NCBI GenBank assembly: GCA_040752575.1
Contig: JBFMGK010000015.1
Coordinates: forward strand, 23,779 to 87,778
Length of the DNA stretch: 64,000 nucleotides
Direction: 5' to 3'
Source of the DNA: Candidatus Bipolaricaulota bacterium
GTDB taxonomy: Bacteria; Bipolaricaulota; Bipolaricaulia; UBA7950; UBA9294
Part shown: one piece after another, positions 11,147-21,022 of the stretch
Layout of the letters: each line of letters opens with the position of its first letter
How positions within the stretch are numbered: the stretch's first letter is position 1
Position numbers and translations under genes: made by a program
Notes under the pieces: model-generated
Seen by the model: only the letters and a program-made list of their open reading frames with translations
What the model was told of the DNA's origin: nothing
The model's database searches: none

Positions 11147-12247
11147 CTACTTCAGCCAGCCGTCGGGGATGACGACGGCGAAGACGCAGGCGTCCTTCCC
11201 TTCGAGCATCGTCTCGACGAGGCGCACCTCGGGGGCTTCGCCGAAGACGACGGCCCACTCCTGCGCATACCAGCCGCCCGAGCAATGGCAGAACGTGCGC
11301 GAGACGCTCTCGCCTTTGCGCAACGCATCGCGGACGAGCGGGCAGAAGCACGCCTCGTAGCGCTTCTCCTCGGGCGTCGCCGCCTTCTCGACCTCGTCCG
11401 GGCGCGCCGGGCGTCGCCGAATCATAAGGAGCGGCTCGGGCCCTGACTCGTCGATCCAGTACTGACTGCCGAGCAGCTTCTCCTCGGTGATCTTCGCCAC
11501 GAGTCTGCGGAGGTCCTTGCCCGTCTCCCGGAACGCCGCCTCGACGAGCATGGCGCTCTGGACGATGTAGTGGTGCGCACACGCGTTCATGATGCGGGCC
11601 CGATCCGGCTCCGACGGCACTTCGCGGTCGAGACGATCCATCGCCCCCCGCACCCACGCCGCGGCCCGCTCTCCGTCGAGGGCCTCGACGAGGCCGCAGC
11701 TCCCGGCCATGACGCGGTGCGCCGCGTCGCTCCCGACCTCTCGCGCGACGCCGTCCCGCAGCGCGGCGAGCCACATCGGAAGATGATACGAATACTGGAC
11801 TTCTGTCAGGTAGAACTCCGCGCGGTCCCCGTGCGTCTCCGCCCCTTCGTGGTAGAGGAAACGCTCCGGGTCGTCGCCGAGGAGTACGCCCGTCTCGTTC
11901 ACGAACTCGACGAGCGCCTTGCGCGTATCGATGAGGTTCGTCCCTTCGGGTCCCCCGACGACCGGCCCGCGGTGCGTGATCGAGAACATCGGAAGCCCGG
12001 GAAGGGTCTTCGAGACGAAGCCGTCTCGTTCGATGGCGTCGGAAACGGGAAACGCAACCTCGACGTCGACCTTGCCGTCGCGCGGGAAGCCGAGGCGAAG
12101 CGCCATCGCCGGGCCGGCAAGGACGTCGGCCACCCGAGGCCGAAGCTCGCGTAGCGAAGCCAAGATCTCCGCCTGACCCGTCACGTTGAGGTGCGTCGCG
12201 AGAACGCGAATCGGCGGAACGTCTTTCACGAGAATCTGCGCGCGCAT
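11147..12247 (-). CDS. GyrI-like ligand-binding domain fused to Cys-cluster (DUF6144-like) domain
   Basis: N-term DVEVAFPV...HRGP...TEVQY; C-term CFCPLV, FCHCSGGW, ETMLEGKDACVF. Confidence 0.6.
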   Translation of the reverse strand: MRAQILVKDVPPIRVLATHLNVTGQAEILASLRELRPRVADVLAGPAMALRLGFPRDGKVDVEVAFPVSDAIERDGFVSKTLPGLPMFSITHRGPVVGGPEGTNLIDTRKALVEFVNETGVLLGDDPERFLYHEGAETHGDRAEFYLTEVQYSYHLPMWLAALRDGVAREVGSDAAHRVMAGSCGLVEALDGERAAAWVRGAMDRLDREVPSEPDRARIMNACAHHYIVQSAMLVEAAFRETGKDLRRLVAKITEEKLLGSQYWIDESGPEPLLMIRRRPARPDEVEKAATPEEKRYEACFCPLVRDALRKGESVSRTFCHCSGGWYAQEWAVVFGEAPEVRLVETMLEGKDACVFAVVIPDGWLK

Positions 12248-12349
12248 GGGATCCTCCGCGAGAGGCTCTCTCTGCGCATGCCCCTCGCCGCTTACCCAGT
12301 CTAGCGCGCGGCGTCTCGACGGCGTCTCACCGTGCCGGCGGGCGTCTCC

Positions 12350-12607
12350 CTAGTCGTCGCTCGAAGCGGGCGCGGCGATGGGTTCCTTCTTCTCCGTCGC
12401 GCGTTCCTCGCTCGAACCGCTGGTGCGTTTGGCCCGGTCCGTCTTATAGAAGCCGCTGCCCTTGAACTGGACGGCGACACGCGGCAAGAGACGCTGTGTA
12501 TCGCGGCTTCCGCACGACGGGCAGACGACGTGGTTCTCGTCTCCGGGGGACTCGAGAACGCGGAACTTCGCGCCGCATGCTCTGCATTCGTGCCGACGAA
12601 GCGCCAT
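12350..12607 (-). CDS. FmdB family zinc-ribbon protein
   Basis: ECRACG...CPSCG...FKGSGFYKTD. Confidence 0.88.
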   Translation of the reverse strand: MALRRHECRACGAKFRVLESPGDENHVVCPSCGSRDTQRLLPRVAVQFKGSGFYKTDRAKRTSGSSEERATEKKEPIAAPASSDD

Positions 12608-12739
12608 GAAGTCCTTCCTCAGCCTCGTGAGTCGCGTTAGCACTCGCGAAAGTTGACTGCTAGATCGTAGCGGGGCCGGCGGTCCCTGTCAAGCCGCGGT
12701 GGCACGCAGGCCCATCCGGTTGCACCCTGGATCCCCGCA

Positions 12740-12773
12740 GGGCCGGGACGGGTACGGGTTCCCGTCCCGGCCC
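12740..12773 (-). terminator. GC-rich hairpin downstream of hppA
   Basis: GGGCCGGGACGGG-N8-CCCGTCCCGGCCC. Confidence 0.55.
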
Positions 12774-12782
12774 CCGCGAGAA

Positions 12783-14990
12783 CTATCCCATGAAGATCGG
12801 GTACAAGGGGAAGAGAGAGGCGAACACGAGTGCGATCACCGACATCAGTTTGATCAGGATGTCGAGTGAAGGCCCGACCGTGTCCTTCAGCGGATCCCCG
12901 ACGGTGTCGCCAGTGACCGCCGCGGCATGGGCCTCGGAGTCCTTGCCGCCATGGTGTCCTTCCTCGATGTACTTCTTCGCGTTGTCCATCGCTCCGCCGG
13001 AGTTGCCGCAGAAGATGGCGAGCTGGATGGCCGAGAGCAGGGCGCCGAACAGAAGCCCGCCCAGCATGTAGCGGCCGAAGATCACGCCGAACAGAATCGG
13101 CGTGATCACGGCGATCGCCGCAGGGAGGATCATCTTCCGCAGTCCTCCGTGCGCCGTGATGCTGATGCACCGCTTGTAGTCGGCCATGGCTTCGCCGCTC
13201 ATGAGTTTCGGGTTCTCTTTGAACTGCCGTCGGATCTCCTGCACGAGGACGTCGGCCGTGCGGCTGACGCCCCGAATCAACAGCGCGGAGAACACGTACG
13301 GCAGCATGGCCCCGATCAGCAGACCGGCAACCACGTACGCTCCCACGAGGATCGGCTGCCCGGTCGGCGAGTACTGCGCCCCGATTTCCCCGACGATCGG
13401 AAGCTGCGGGCGGACGACCATGTCCGCGCTGCCGATCGCCGACCACATGAACGCGGCGATGAGTCCGAGTGCGGCAAAGGCCGCCGAACCGATGGCGAAG
13501 CCCTTCCCGATGGCGGCCGTCGTGTTCCCGATGGAATCCAGCGTATCGGTTCGAGATCGAATCTCGGACGGCAGCTTGGCCATCGTCGCAATGCCTCCGG
13601 CGTTGTCGGCAATCGGTCCATACGAGTCGACCGACACCGTCATCGCGACGAAGGAGAGCATGCCCATCGCCGTGAACGCGACGCCGAGAAGGCCGCCGAG
13701 CTGGTACGCACCGACGGTCGCGGCGGCGAGGACCAACACGGGGAACAGCGTGCTCAGCATCCCGACGGCGAGCCCCTCTGTCACGCCGACGGCCGCGCCG
13801 GACTGGTTCATCTTCGCCAGTTCCTTCGTCGGCCGGTAGTGCGACGAGGTGTAGTACTCGGAGAGGAAACCGATGGCAACGCCGGCCCCGAGGCCGAGGA
13901 TGACCTCGTAAAACACGTTCATCCCGACCGGGGTGAACCAGCAGAAGACGAACGTCGTCGCGGCAGTGAGGAGCGCCGCGAGCCTTGTGCCGCTCATGAG
14001 GATGCTTTGCATCTTTTCCTGCCGCCGCGAGAACCGGATGTAGAGAATCGCGAGCAGGCTCGCGAACGTGCCGCCGGCCACGATCACGAGCGGCGCTGCG
14101 AGAATCCACCAGAACGTATCCGGCGTCAGCCCGGCGCGAGGCGCGATGGCGTGGATGATGTCCTGAATGCTCTCGTTCGCCCGCCCGACGTAGACGTACA
14201 GGAACATGACGATGACCGAGATCACCGCGCCGACGAACGACTCCAGGAGGTCGGCGCCCAGGCCGCCCACGTCGCCGACGTTGTCCCCCACGTTGTCGGC
14301 GATCGTCGCCGGATTCCGTGGATCGTCTTCGGGGAGGTGCATCTCGACCTTGCCGACCATGTCGGCGGCCATGTCGGCGGCCTTCGTGTAGATCCCGCCA
14401 CCGACGCGGTCAAACAGCGCCACCAGCGAAGCACCCATCGAGTAGGCGCTCACGATGAGCGCGCCTCGAATGAAGTTCACGCCAAGGGTCGAAACGCCGA
14501 ACAGATAACGAGTTTCGATCACCAGATTGTCGGGCATGAACCAGCGACGGAAGATCACAATCACGATCACAAGCCCGAAGATCGCGAGGCCCGCCACCGA
14601 GAGCCCCATAACGCTGCCGCCGGAGAACGCGACGTTCAGCGCGCTCTTGAACGACTTCGTCGCCGCCTGCGTCGTGCGGGCGTTCGCGTGGGTCGCGGCG
14701 TTCATGCCGATGAACCCGGCGGCCATCGACAGGAGCGCTCCGATCCAGAAGGCCACGGCGATCTCCCAGTAGAACAGGATCCACAACACAACGCCGATGA
14801 CGGCAAGGGTCGCGAGCATGACCTTCGCCTCGGCGATCATGAACGTGAAGGCCCCCGAACGGATGTAGCCCTGCAGTTCCTTCATCCGCTCGTTGCCCTG
14901 CGCTTTGCGCACGACCGAGCGGTTGAACAGGAACGCGCTCACGAGCGCAAGCACCGACACGGCGGCCGGGATAACGATGAGTAGACTCAT
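12783..14990 (-). CDS. hppA: Membrane pyrophosphatase, K+-dependent, probably Na+-translocating
   Basis: DMVGKVE, EDDPRN, DNVGDNVGD, GNTTAA (Ala = K+-dependent), DLLESFV and GPSLDILIK as in the Thermotoga maritima Na+-PPase. Confidence 0.93.
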   Translation of the reverse strand: MSLLIVIPAAVSVLALVSAFLFNRSVVRKAQGNERMKELQGYIRSGAFTFMIAEAKVMLATLAVIGVVLWILFYWEIAVAFWIGALLSMAAGFIGMNAATHANARTTQAATKSFKSALNVAFSGGSVMGLSVAGLAIFGLVIVIVIFRRWFMPDNLVIETRYLFGVSTLGVNFIRGALIVSAYSMGASLVALFDRVGGGIYTKAADMAADMVGKVEMHLPEDDPRNPATIADNVGDNVGDVGGLGADLLESFVGAVISVIVMFLYVYVGRANESIQDIIHAIAPRAGLTPDTFWWILAAPLVIVAGGTFASLLAILYIRFSRRQEKMQSILMSGTRLAALLTAATTFVFCWFTPVGMNVFYEVILGLGAGVAIGFLSEYYTSSHYRPTKELAKMNQSGAAVGVTEGLAVGMLSTLFPVLVLAAATVGAYQLGGLLGVAFTAMGMLSFVAMTVSVDSYGPIADNAGGIATMAKLPSEIRSRTDTLDSIGNTTAAIGKGFAIGSAAFAALGLIAAFMWSAIGSADMVVRPQLPIVGEIGAQYSPTGQPILVGAYVVAGLLIGAMLPYVFSALLIRGVSRTADVLVQEIRRQFKENPKLMSGEAMADYKRCISITAHGGLRKMILPAAIAVITPILFGVIFGRYMLGGLLFGALLSAIQLAIFCGNSGGAMDNAKKYIEEGHHGGKDSEAHAAAVTGDTVGDPLKDTVGPSLDILIKLMSVIALVFASLFPLYPIFMG

Positions 14991-15251
14991 TGCTGTAGAC
15001 GCTCCCCTCCTTCGACGGCCCGCCGTCGCATGGATTCCGCGACCTCGAACGACCGCGGCGCGAGCCGACGGCTGGCCGGCGGGATTCTACTGCGGCCCCT
15101 TGGACCCCGCAACGCTAGATGCCGCCTCGGATGTCGCCCGCTCCTTTGTGCGTCCGTACGAAGGCGTCCCGCTGGTTGCCGGGCGCGCAAGCGGCGCGTA
15201 TCGTTGAAGGTCAGGGGCTGCGCCGGCGCGGCGCCCGGAAGGAGGGCGTCG

Positions 15252-16541
15252 ATGCGTTGGGTTCGGGCCTGGGATCCCGAGCGTTGGGCACCGACGTTCT
15301 TCCTTCTTTGGGGAGGGCAGGCGACATCCCTGCTGGGCAGCCATCTCGTTCAGTTTGCGCTGGTGTGGTGGCTCACGAAGACCACCGGCTCGGCTACGGT
15401 ATTGGCCGGCGCCACCCTCGTCGCGCTCTTGCCGCAGATCGTCATCTCGCCGATCGCCGGGACGCTTGTCGATCGTTGGAATCGCCGCTGGGTCATGATC
15501 TTCGCCGACGCAGCGGTTGCGCTCGCGACGCTCGCCCTGGCGATCCTGTTCGCGCTGGACAAGGCCGGTCTCCCTCAGATCTACATCGCGATGTTCGTCC
15601 GCTCCATGGGCGGGGCATTCCACTGGCCCGCCATGCAGGCCTCCACGGGGATGATGGTTCCGAACCGCCACCTTGCGCGCGTCGGTGGGTTGAACCAGAG
15701 CCTGTTCGGAATCGCATCGATCGTCTCTCCCCCGCTCGGCGCGCTCTTGCTGGAGATCCTGCCGATGCACGGCGTTCTCGCGATCGACGTCGCCACGGCA
15801 GCTACGGCCATCACCCCGCTCTTGTTCATCCGGATTCCGCTCCCCGCACGCATTGAACACAAGGAGAAGCGAACGTCGGTCGTGGACGACTTGTGGACGG
15901 GGTTTCGGTTCGTCGCACGGTGGCGCGCGCTGTTCGCGATTATCGTCGCGGCCGCGCTGATCAACTTGTTCACGAACCCGGCCATCTCCCTCATGCCGCT
16001 CCTTGTGACGCGGCACTTCCGGGGAGGTGCGCTCGAACTCGCCGGCCTGCAGTCGGCGTTCGGTTTCGGGATGGTCGCCGGCGGACTGCTCCTCGGCCTG
16101 TGGGGCGGGTTTAAGCGGCGGATGCTCACCGCGATGGCCTCGCTCGCGATTCAAGGCGTCGGCTTCGGCGCGCTCGGTCTTGTGCCGCCCAGTGGCTTGG
16201 CGATCGCGATCGGCGCGATGGCCGTCGTCGGCGTCATGAATCCCATCTGCAATGGTGCGCTCTTCGCGATCGTGCAGTCGGCGGTCCCCCACGAGATGCA
16301 AGGACGTGTGATGTCTCTTCTCATCAGCGGTGCGACGGCCGCCGCACCGCTCGGGCTCGCGGTGGCCGGTCCGGTGACCGACCGGGCGTCGATCGGACTC
16401 TGGTTCCTTGTCGCTGGCGCGGTCATGGTCGGCGTCTCGGCCGTCGTCTTGGTGACGCCCGCACTGCTGCGCGTCGAGGATCGAGGCGTCCCCGACGCGC
16501 TGCGCCTGCGCGGGCCCGGGGGAGACGCTCCGACGACCTAG
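15252..16541 (+). CDS. MFS transporter (DHA3/MefA-like)
   Basis: LWGGQATSLLGS, AGTLVDRWNRR, ~12 TM; RBS AGGAGG. Confidence 0.9.
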   Translation: MRWVRAWDPERWAPTFFLLWGGQATSLLGSHLVQFALVWWLTKTTGSATVLAGATLVALLPQIVISPIAGTLVDRWNRRWVMIFADAAVALATLALAILFALDKAGLPQIYIAMFVRSMGGAFHWPAMQASTGMMVPNRHLARVGGLNQSLFGIASIVSPPLGALLLEILPMHGVLAIDVATAATAITPLLFIRIPLPARIEHKEKRTSVVDDLWTGFRFVARWRALFAIIVAAALINLFTNPAISLMPLLVTRHFRGGALELAGLQSAFGFGMVAGGLLLGLWGGFKRRMLTAMASLAIQGVGFGALGLVPPSGLAIAIGAMAVVGVMNPICNGALFAIVQSAVPHEMQGRVMSLLISGATAAAPLGLAVAGPVTDRASIGLWFLVAGAVMVGVSAVVLVTPALLRVEDRGVPDALRLRGPGGDAPTT

Positions 16542-16599
16542 CCAACTGGAAGTCCCGCCCGGCGCAGGCTAACCTCGACAGGCCGGAGGAAACGATCGG

Positions 16600-17796
16600 T
16601 TGAAGCGGATCTTCGCCAGCCTCTTTTTCGCGACCGCGACGGCGCAGATCGGACTGGGCATCATCTCGCCGATCTTGCCGCTGTACGCAAGGACTTTCGC
16701 CGCGAGCGGATTCCAGATCGGCCTTGTCTTCGCCGCGTTCTCGGTCTCGCGCGCCGTCCTAGGGCCCGTTGTCGGTCGCTTGTCGGACCGCATCGGCCGC
16801 AAGCCGATCATCGTCGCCGGGCTGGCCCTCTACGCCATCGTCTCCGCCCTGTATGCGTTTTCGACCGCCCTCTGGCAATTGGGGATCTTCCGTCTTGTGC
16901 AGGGCATCGCATCGGTGATGGTAACGCCGATCGCCCAAGCCTACGTGGGGGATCTCACGCGAACCGGGGCGGAGGGGCGCACGCTCAACGCCTTCTATGC
17001 CTCGCAGTTCGTGGGCATGGCGCTCGGCCCCATCCTCGGCGGCGGGATCGGCGCGGCGTGGTCGTACGACGCCGCCTTCTTCGTCATGGGCGGGCTGACG
17101 GTGCTGTCGCTCCTCCTCGTCCAGCTCACCGTCCCCACGGACGAGACCGCGAAAAACCGCGGCAAGCCGAGAGAGCGCAAGATCCTTCCGATCCGTAACG
17201 TCCTCGCCAGCGACGCCGTCAAGGCGATGTTCGCGTACTTCGCGACGCGCGGCTTCTGGCGCCAGGCGTTTAGCACGTTCTACCCGCTCTATGCCGTGGC
17301 CGCCTTGGCCGCGAGCGAGGCGGACATCGGCATCGTCCTTTCCGCCTACATGTTCGCCGAAGGCCTATTGCAGATTCCGTTCGGGTACCTCGCCGATCGG
17401 TACCCGCGCGTTCGCCAGATCGTGGTGGGCAGCGTGTTCGCGCCGCTCGTCCTGCTCGCGGTGCCGCTCGTCTCGTCGACGTGGGCTGCGGCCTTGCTGA
17501 CAGTGGCCATGGGGGCGTTTTCCGCGTTGGGACGTGCGTCGCTCGTCGCGATACGCACCGAGCTGGGGAGGACGCATGGGATGGCCACCCTCGCCGGCGT
17601 CCAGGGCAGCGCGTTCGCCGTCGGGCAGATGCTCGGCCCGCTCGTCAGCGGGGCCGTCGTCGACGCCGTAGGTGTGAGCTATGTCTTCCCTTTCGGCAGC
17701 CTCGTCGGCTGCATCGGAACGGTCCTTGTCGTCGTGTGGATTCGCCGCTGGATCCGGCGGGACGTTCGCGCGGCGGCGATGACGAAGAGCGCGTAA
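16600..17796 (+). CDS. MFS transporter (DHA1-like)
   Basis: GRLSDRIGRK motif A; TTG start with GGAGGA RBS. Confidence 0.9.
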   Translation: MKRIFASLFFATATAQIGLGIISPILPLYARTFAASGFQIGLVFAAFSVSRAVLGPVVGRLSDRIGRKPIIVAGLALYAIVSALYAFSTALWQLGIFRLVQGIASVMVTPIAQAYVGDLTRTGAEGRTLNAFYASQFVGMALGPILGGGIGAAWSYDAAFFVMGGLTVLSLLLVQLTVPTDETAKNRGKPRERKILPIRNVLASDAVKAMFAYFATRGFWRQAFSTFYPLYAVAALAASEADIGIVLSAYMFAEGLLQIPFGYLADRYPRVRQIVVGSVFAPLVLLAVPLVSSTWAAALLTVAMGAFSALGRASLVAIRTELGRTHGMATLAGVQGSAFAVGQMLGPLVSGAVVDAVGVSYVFPFGSLVGCIGTVLVVVWIRRWIRRDVRAAAMTKSA

Positions 17797-17824
17797 GGGC
17801 GGGCGGCGCGTACCCGCCCGCCCT
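17796..17824. terminator. Hairpin between convergent genes
   Basis: AGGGCGGGCGG...CCGCCCGCCCT. Confidence 0.55.
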
Positions 17825-17836
17825 CGAGGAGCCAAG

Positions 17837-18511
17837 TTACGGCGCCACTCCCTCCGCTTCGCGCAGACGGCGGAGAATCAGGCCATCAAGACGGAACGAC
17901 AGCACCTCGAGACGCTCCACCAAGAGGGAGAGACGAGGCGCCTGGGGCTCGGCGGCCTCGGCGCGGCGCGCCATGCGAAGGAGCGCGTCGGTAAGGGACC
18001 GCGTCATCTCGCGAGCCGCGCGCTCGAACTGCGCTGCATCCCGCGGCGACATCCCCGCGGTGGCCGCAGCGACGTAGCCGCTCACCCAGGCGCGCAGAGA
18101 CGCGAGCGCATCAGCGGCCTCGGCCCGCTTCGCAGCCTCGGACGCCGATGCAGCGTCACGCGCGGGTTGCGCTACTTCCTCGAGGACGAAGAGGAGCCGA
18201 TGCAGAACGAGCGACAGCTCCATCACCTCTCCCGGGCTCACCGGCTGTTCTTCGTCCGCTGACTCGAGTCGTTCGACAAGTCCCTCCAGCGCTTCGATCG
18301 CCTCGCCAAGCCGAGCTTCCAGGCGTTCGGCGGCCGGGCGGTCCAGCCCGGCGAGACTCTGTTCGAGGCGGGACAAGAGCTCCGTAAGTCCCTCGATCGT
18401 CTCAACGGCCGGCCTTTCCTCAGGCGATTCGTCGGCGGCCACCGCCGCACCCGTTAAGCCAAGGAGCGCGACGACGAGCAACGTGGAAACCATGAACAAC
18501 GTGCGATGCAT
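17837..18511 (-). CDS. Hypothetical secreted all-alpha protein
   Basis: RBS GGAGGAG, signal peptide MHRTLFMVSTLLVVALLGLTGAAVAA, Leu/Glu-rich helices. Confidence 0.75.
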   Translation of the reverse strand: MHRTLFMVSTLLVVALLGLTGAAVAADESPEERPAVETIEGLTELLSRLEQSLAGLDRPAAERLEARLGEAIEALEGLVERLESADEEQPVSPGEVMELSLVLHRLLFVLEEVAQPARDAASASEAAKRAEAADALASLRAWVSGYVAAATAGMSPRDAAQFERAAREMTRSLTDALLRMARRAEAAEPQAPRLSLLVERLEVLSFRLDGLILRRLREAEGVAP

Positions 18512-18580
18512 CTCTCCTCCTCGCGCGGGGGACATCCCCGACCGCGCTGACCCGCACCGTAGGGGCTCGCTCGGTCGGGT

Positions 18581-18611
18581 GGACATCGAGACGCGGTCAA
18601 CGCGAGATCAA
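18581..18611 (-). promoter_or_regulatory. Triple 11-bp-period direct repeat, putative winged-helix operator
   Basis: Minus strand TTGATCTCGCG TTGACCGCGTC TCGATGTCC. Confidence 0.6.
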
Positions 18612-18626
18612 CAACGTTGACGGGGC

Positions 18627-18655
18627 TTGCCGCGCTCCCCACCGGCATCTACTCT
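18627..18655 (+). promoter_or_regulatory. Promoter of transmembrane regulator (leaderless type)
   Basis: TTGCCG-N17-TACTCT, 6 nt before GTG 18662. Confidence 0.5.
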
Positions 18656-18661
18656 GTCGCC

Positions 18662-19555
18662 GTGCGCGCCCACCGACTGCTGCAGCGGACAGACCGTCTA
18701 CTGATCGCCGCGGGGATCCTCGTCGTTCTTACGGGGCTCGCCGTCGGAGCGATCCTGCCCGGGTACGTCGGCCTGCATCACGACGCATTCCGCGACCGTT
18801 CGTTGGCCTACGTTCAGGCCTTCGCTGCGACCGCCGAGCCTTGGCTCGATCGCGGTGCGGTCGACGTCGTCGAAACGTTGAGCCAGGTCTTTGTCTCCGG
18901 AAGCGTCGTCTCACTCGAGGTCGTGCACGGCGATCGATCGATCGTCAGCGCCGGCGACCCGCTGCCGGCCGAGCCTGCGACCTCCTTTGGGCACGCCGAT
19001 CGACGAACCGCATCCGGACGCCGCGTCGTCGACGTGAGCGCGCCCCTCCCTTCCCTGGACGGACACGTCCGCGCAGCGATCGACGTCTCGTCGGTCACCG
19101 CATCGACGCGTCGCGCCATCGTTCTGGGCGTAGGGGGGGCCGTTCTGTTCGACGCCACGGTTCTCGGGTTGGTCGCATGGGCGTTGCGCGGCGCGCGACA
19201 GCGCCCCGCGGCCCCCGTGGAAGCCGCCCGCTCCCCCTCGGAGGCCCCGGCCCTTCGGCTCGGCGAGCTTGCGATCATCCCATCGAGGCGCGAGGCGTCG
19301 TTCGCCGGCCGGCCGCTGCGGCTGACGCCGAAGGAGTACGCGTTGCTGACCCTGCTTGCCGCCGAGCCCGGTCGCGTGTTCGCCGAGCAGGAGATCCTCG
19401 CGGCCGTCTGGCCCGACTCCCCCTATGCCGACGCCCGGGACATCAAGCAGTACATCTACTTGCTGCGGCGGAAGCTCAGCAAGGCGGACCCGCGCGGCCG
19501 AGACGTGATCGTCAACGTTCCCGGCTTCGGGTATCGCTTGGAAGACGCCCATTGA
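18662..19555 (+). CDS. Membrane-anchored regulator: 2 TM, extracytoplasmic domain, C-terminal OmpR/PhoB-type winged helix
   Basis: TM1 LLIAAGILVVLTGLAVGAIL, TM2 IVLGVGGAVLFDATVLGLVAW, LTPKEYALL...YIYLLRRKL...IVNVPGFGYRL; no receiver domain. Confidence 0.85.
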   Translation: MRAHRLLQRTDRLLIAAGILVVLTGLAVGAILPGYVGLHHDAFRDRSLAYVQAFAATAEPWLDRGAVDVVETLSQVFVSGSVVSLEVVHGDRSIVSAGDPLPAEPATSFGHADRRTASGRRVVDVSAPLPSLDGHVRAAIDVSSVTASTRRAIVLGVGGAVLFDATVLGLVAWALRGARQRPAAPVEAARSPSEAPALRLGELAIIPSRREASFAGRPLRLTPKEYALLTLLAAEPGRVFAEQEILAAVWPDSPYADARDIKQYIYLLRRKLSKADPRGRDVIVNVPGFGYRLEDAH

Positions 19556-19583
19556 CCGGCCGTTGACCGGCCTTCGATGGACC
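19552..19583 (+). promoter_or_regulatory. Triple 11-bp-period direct repeat, putative winged-helix operator
   Basis: TTGACCGGCCG TTGACCGGCCT TCGATGGACC. Confidence 0.65.
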
Positions 19584-19636
19584 GCGTGAGCGGCGCGGGG
19601 AGACTGGAAGGCGTGCAAGGGCACGAAGGAGGTGCC

Positions 19637-20173
19637 ATGAAGAGGATGATCGTCCTGTGCGCCCTGGTCGCCGTAGCGCTCGCCGTTCCCGCGAACGCCG
19701 ACGAGACCGGTGCGCCAGAGACTCTCTCGGTGGAGGGCCGCCTCGAGGCGTTCGCCGTGAGGCTTCGCCTCGGGCTTTCGGTCGCCGCCGTGGCCGTCTA
19801 CTCGCCGACGGTCTCGGACGCGCACAGTCAGGCCCACCGGCTCTCGACGCTGCTGCGCGGCGATGATCGGGAGGAGATCCCCGGGCTGCTCACCGAGTCG
19901 GAGAGGCTACCCGAGTGGGTCGCCTCGCGGCCGTTTGGGGCCGACGCGTACCGACCGCTCCTCGCCGCGGCAGCCAACGTTCACACGTACCTGCGCCTCG
20001 CGGGCGACGCCGCGGCCGAGGCGATACGACAACGAACCCTTCTTGGCGCGACGAGGAGTCTCTACGAGGTGTACGCCTACCTCGTCGCGGCGTGGGCCAA
20101 GCCGGTCGATGGCGTCGTCGTCCCCGGACTGGAAGCCCTGCTTCGCGCGTTCGATCTCCCGATCTCCCCGTGA
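19637..20173 (+). CDS. Hypothetical secreted helical protein
   Basis: RBS AAGGAGG, signal peptide MKRMIVLCALVAVALAVPANA. Confidence 0.8.
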   Translation: MKRMIVLCALVAVALAVPANADETGAPETLSVEGRLEAFAVRLRLGLSVAAVAVYSPTVSDAHSQAHRLSTLLRGDDREEIPGLLTESERLPEWVASRPFGADAYRPLLAAAANVHTYLRLAGDAAAEAIRQRTLLGATRSLYEVYAYLVAAWAKPVDGVVVPGLEALLRAFDLPISP

Positions 20174-20182
20174 CCCAAGCGG

Positions 20183-21022
20183 CTAGAACCCGTAGGCCGC
20201 GGGGTCGAAAGCGTCCAGGTTCTGCGGATCGAACGTCTCGGCGGACAGACTCGCGTCCGGGCGACGCAGGCCCGAGAGCCAAAGCGTCGAGACATCTCCC
20301 GACCCGAGGTCGCGGCCGACCATCTCCTCGGGAACTCGCCGTCCCTCGAACTCGCCGAGACGCTCGACGGAGATCTGCTTCGCAAGCGCTCCGGTTTCGG
20401 CGTAACCCTCCAGGCGCAGGAACAAGTCTGCTTCTTGGTCGACCCAGAGCAGAATGCGGGCGAACTCCGCATCCGGTCCGCCGCGCGGCGTGAGTTCCAG
20501 GACCCAGACCTCGCGAGATTCCTCGCCCACTACGAGGGTCTCCTCGCGCAGCACGGAGGCAGTGTAGTCGTCCTGCAGGTCCCCGGCCCCGGCGATGTCT
20601 TCGTACGTCAGCGTGCTGCCGGCGAAGCTTCCTGACTGGTCCTCCTCCGAGATCAGTTCCTTGGTCAGGCCGAACGAGGAGATGTAGAGCCACATCCTGG
20701 TCGCTGTCGCGTCGTTCTCCGGCGTCTCGAGAAGGAAGATCAGCCCCTCGTCGTCGCCGCCGAGGAAGTACATCAGCGCGTGACTCGTCCCGGCGTCGTC
20801 GCTCTGTGCGGCGACAGCCATCCGGACGTCCGTGGTGACGCCCGTCGCGTAGACGTTCGCGACGTCGAGGGATAAGAGAATCCCCTCGCGGCTCTCCGCG
20901 CCGCCGATACTGAAGGCGTCCTGCATTCGATCGAGGATCTCGTCGCCAGTCTGCGCGAGGCCGGAAGCGGCCGCCGCGAACAGGAAGAGCGCCGTCAAGA
21001 TCCCCAGTGTCGTAGATTTCAT
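20183..21022 (-). CDS. LolA-like outer-membrane lipoprotein-sorting protein
   Basis: Signal peptide; MWLY...SFAGSTLTYEDI; adjacent to MMPL gene. Confidence 0.82.
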   Translation of the reverse strand: MKSTTLGILTALFLFAAAASGLAQTGDEILDRMQDAFSIGGAESREGILLSLDVANVYATGVTTDVRMAVAAQSDDAGTSHALMYFLGGDDEGLIFLLETPENDATATRMWLYISSFGLTKELISEEDQSGSFAGSTLTYEDIAGAGDLQDDYTASVLREETLVVGEESREVWVLELTPRGGPDAEFARILLWVDQEADLFLRLEGYAETGALAKQISVERLGEFEGRRVPEEMVGRDLGSGDVSTLWLSGLRRPDASLSAETFDPQNLDAFDPAAYGF

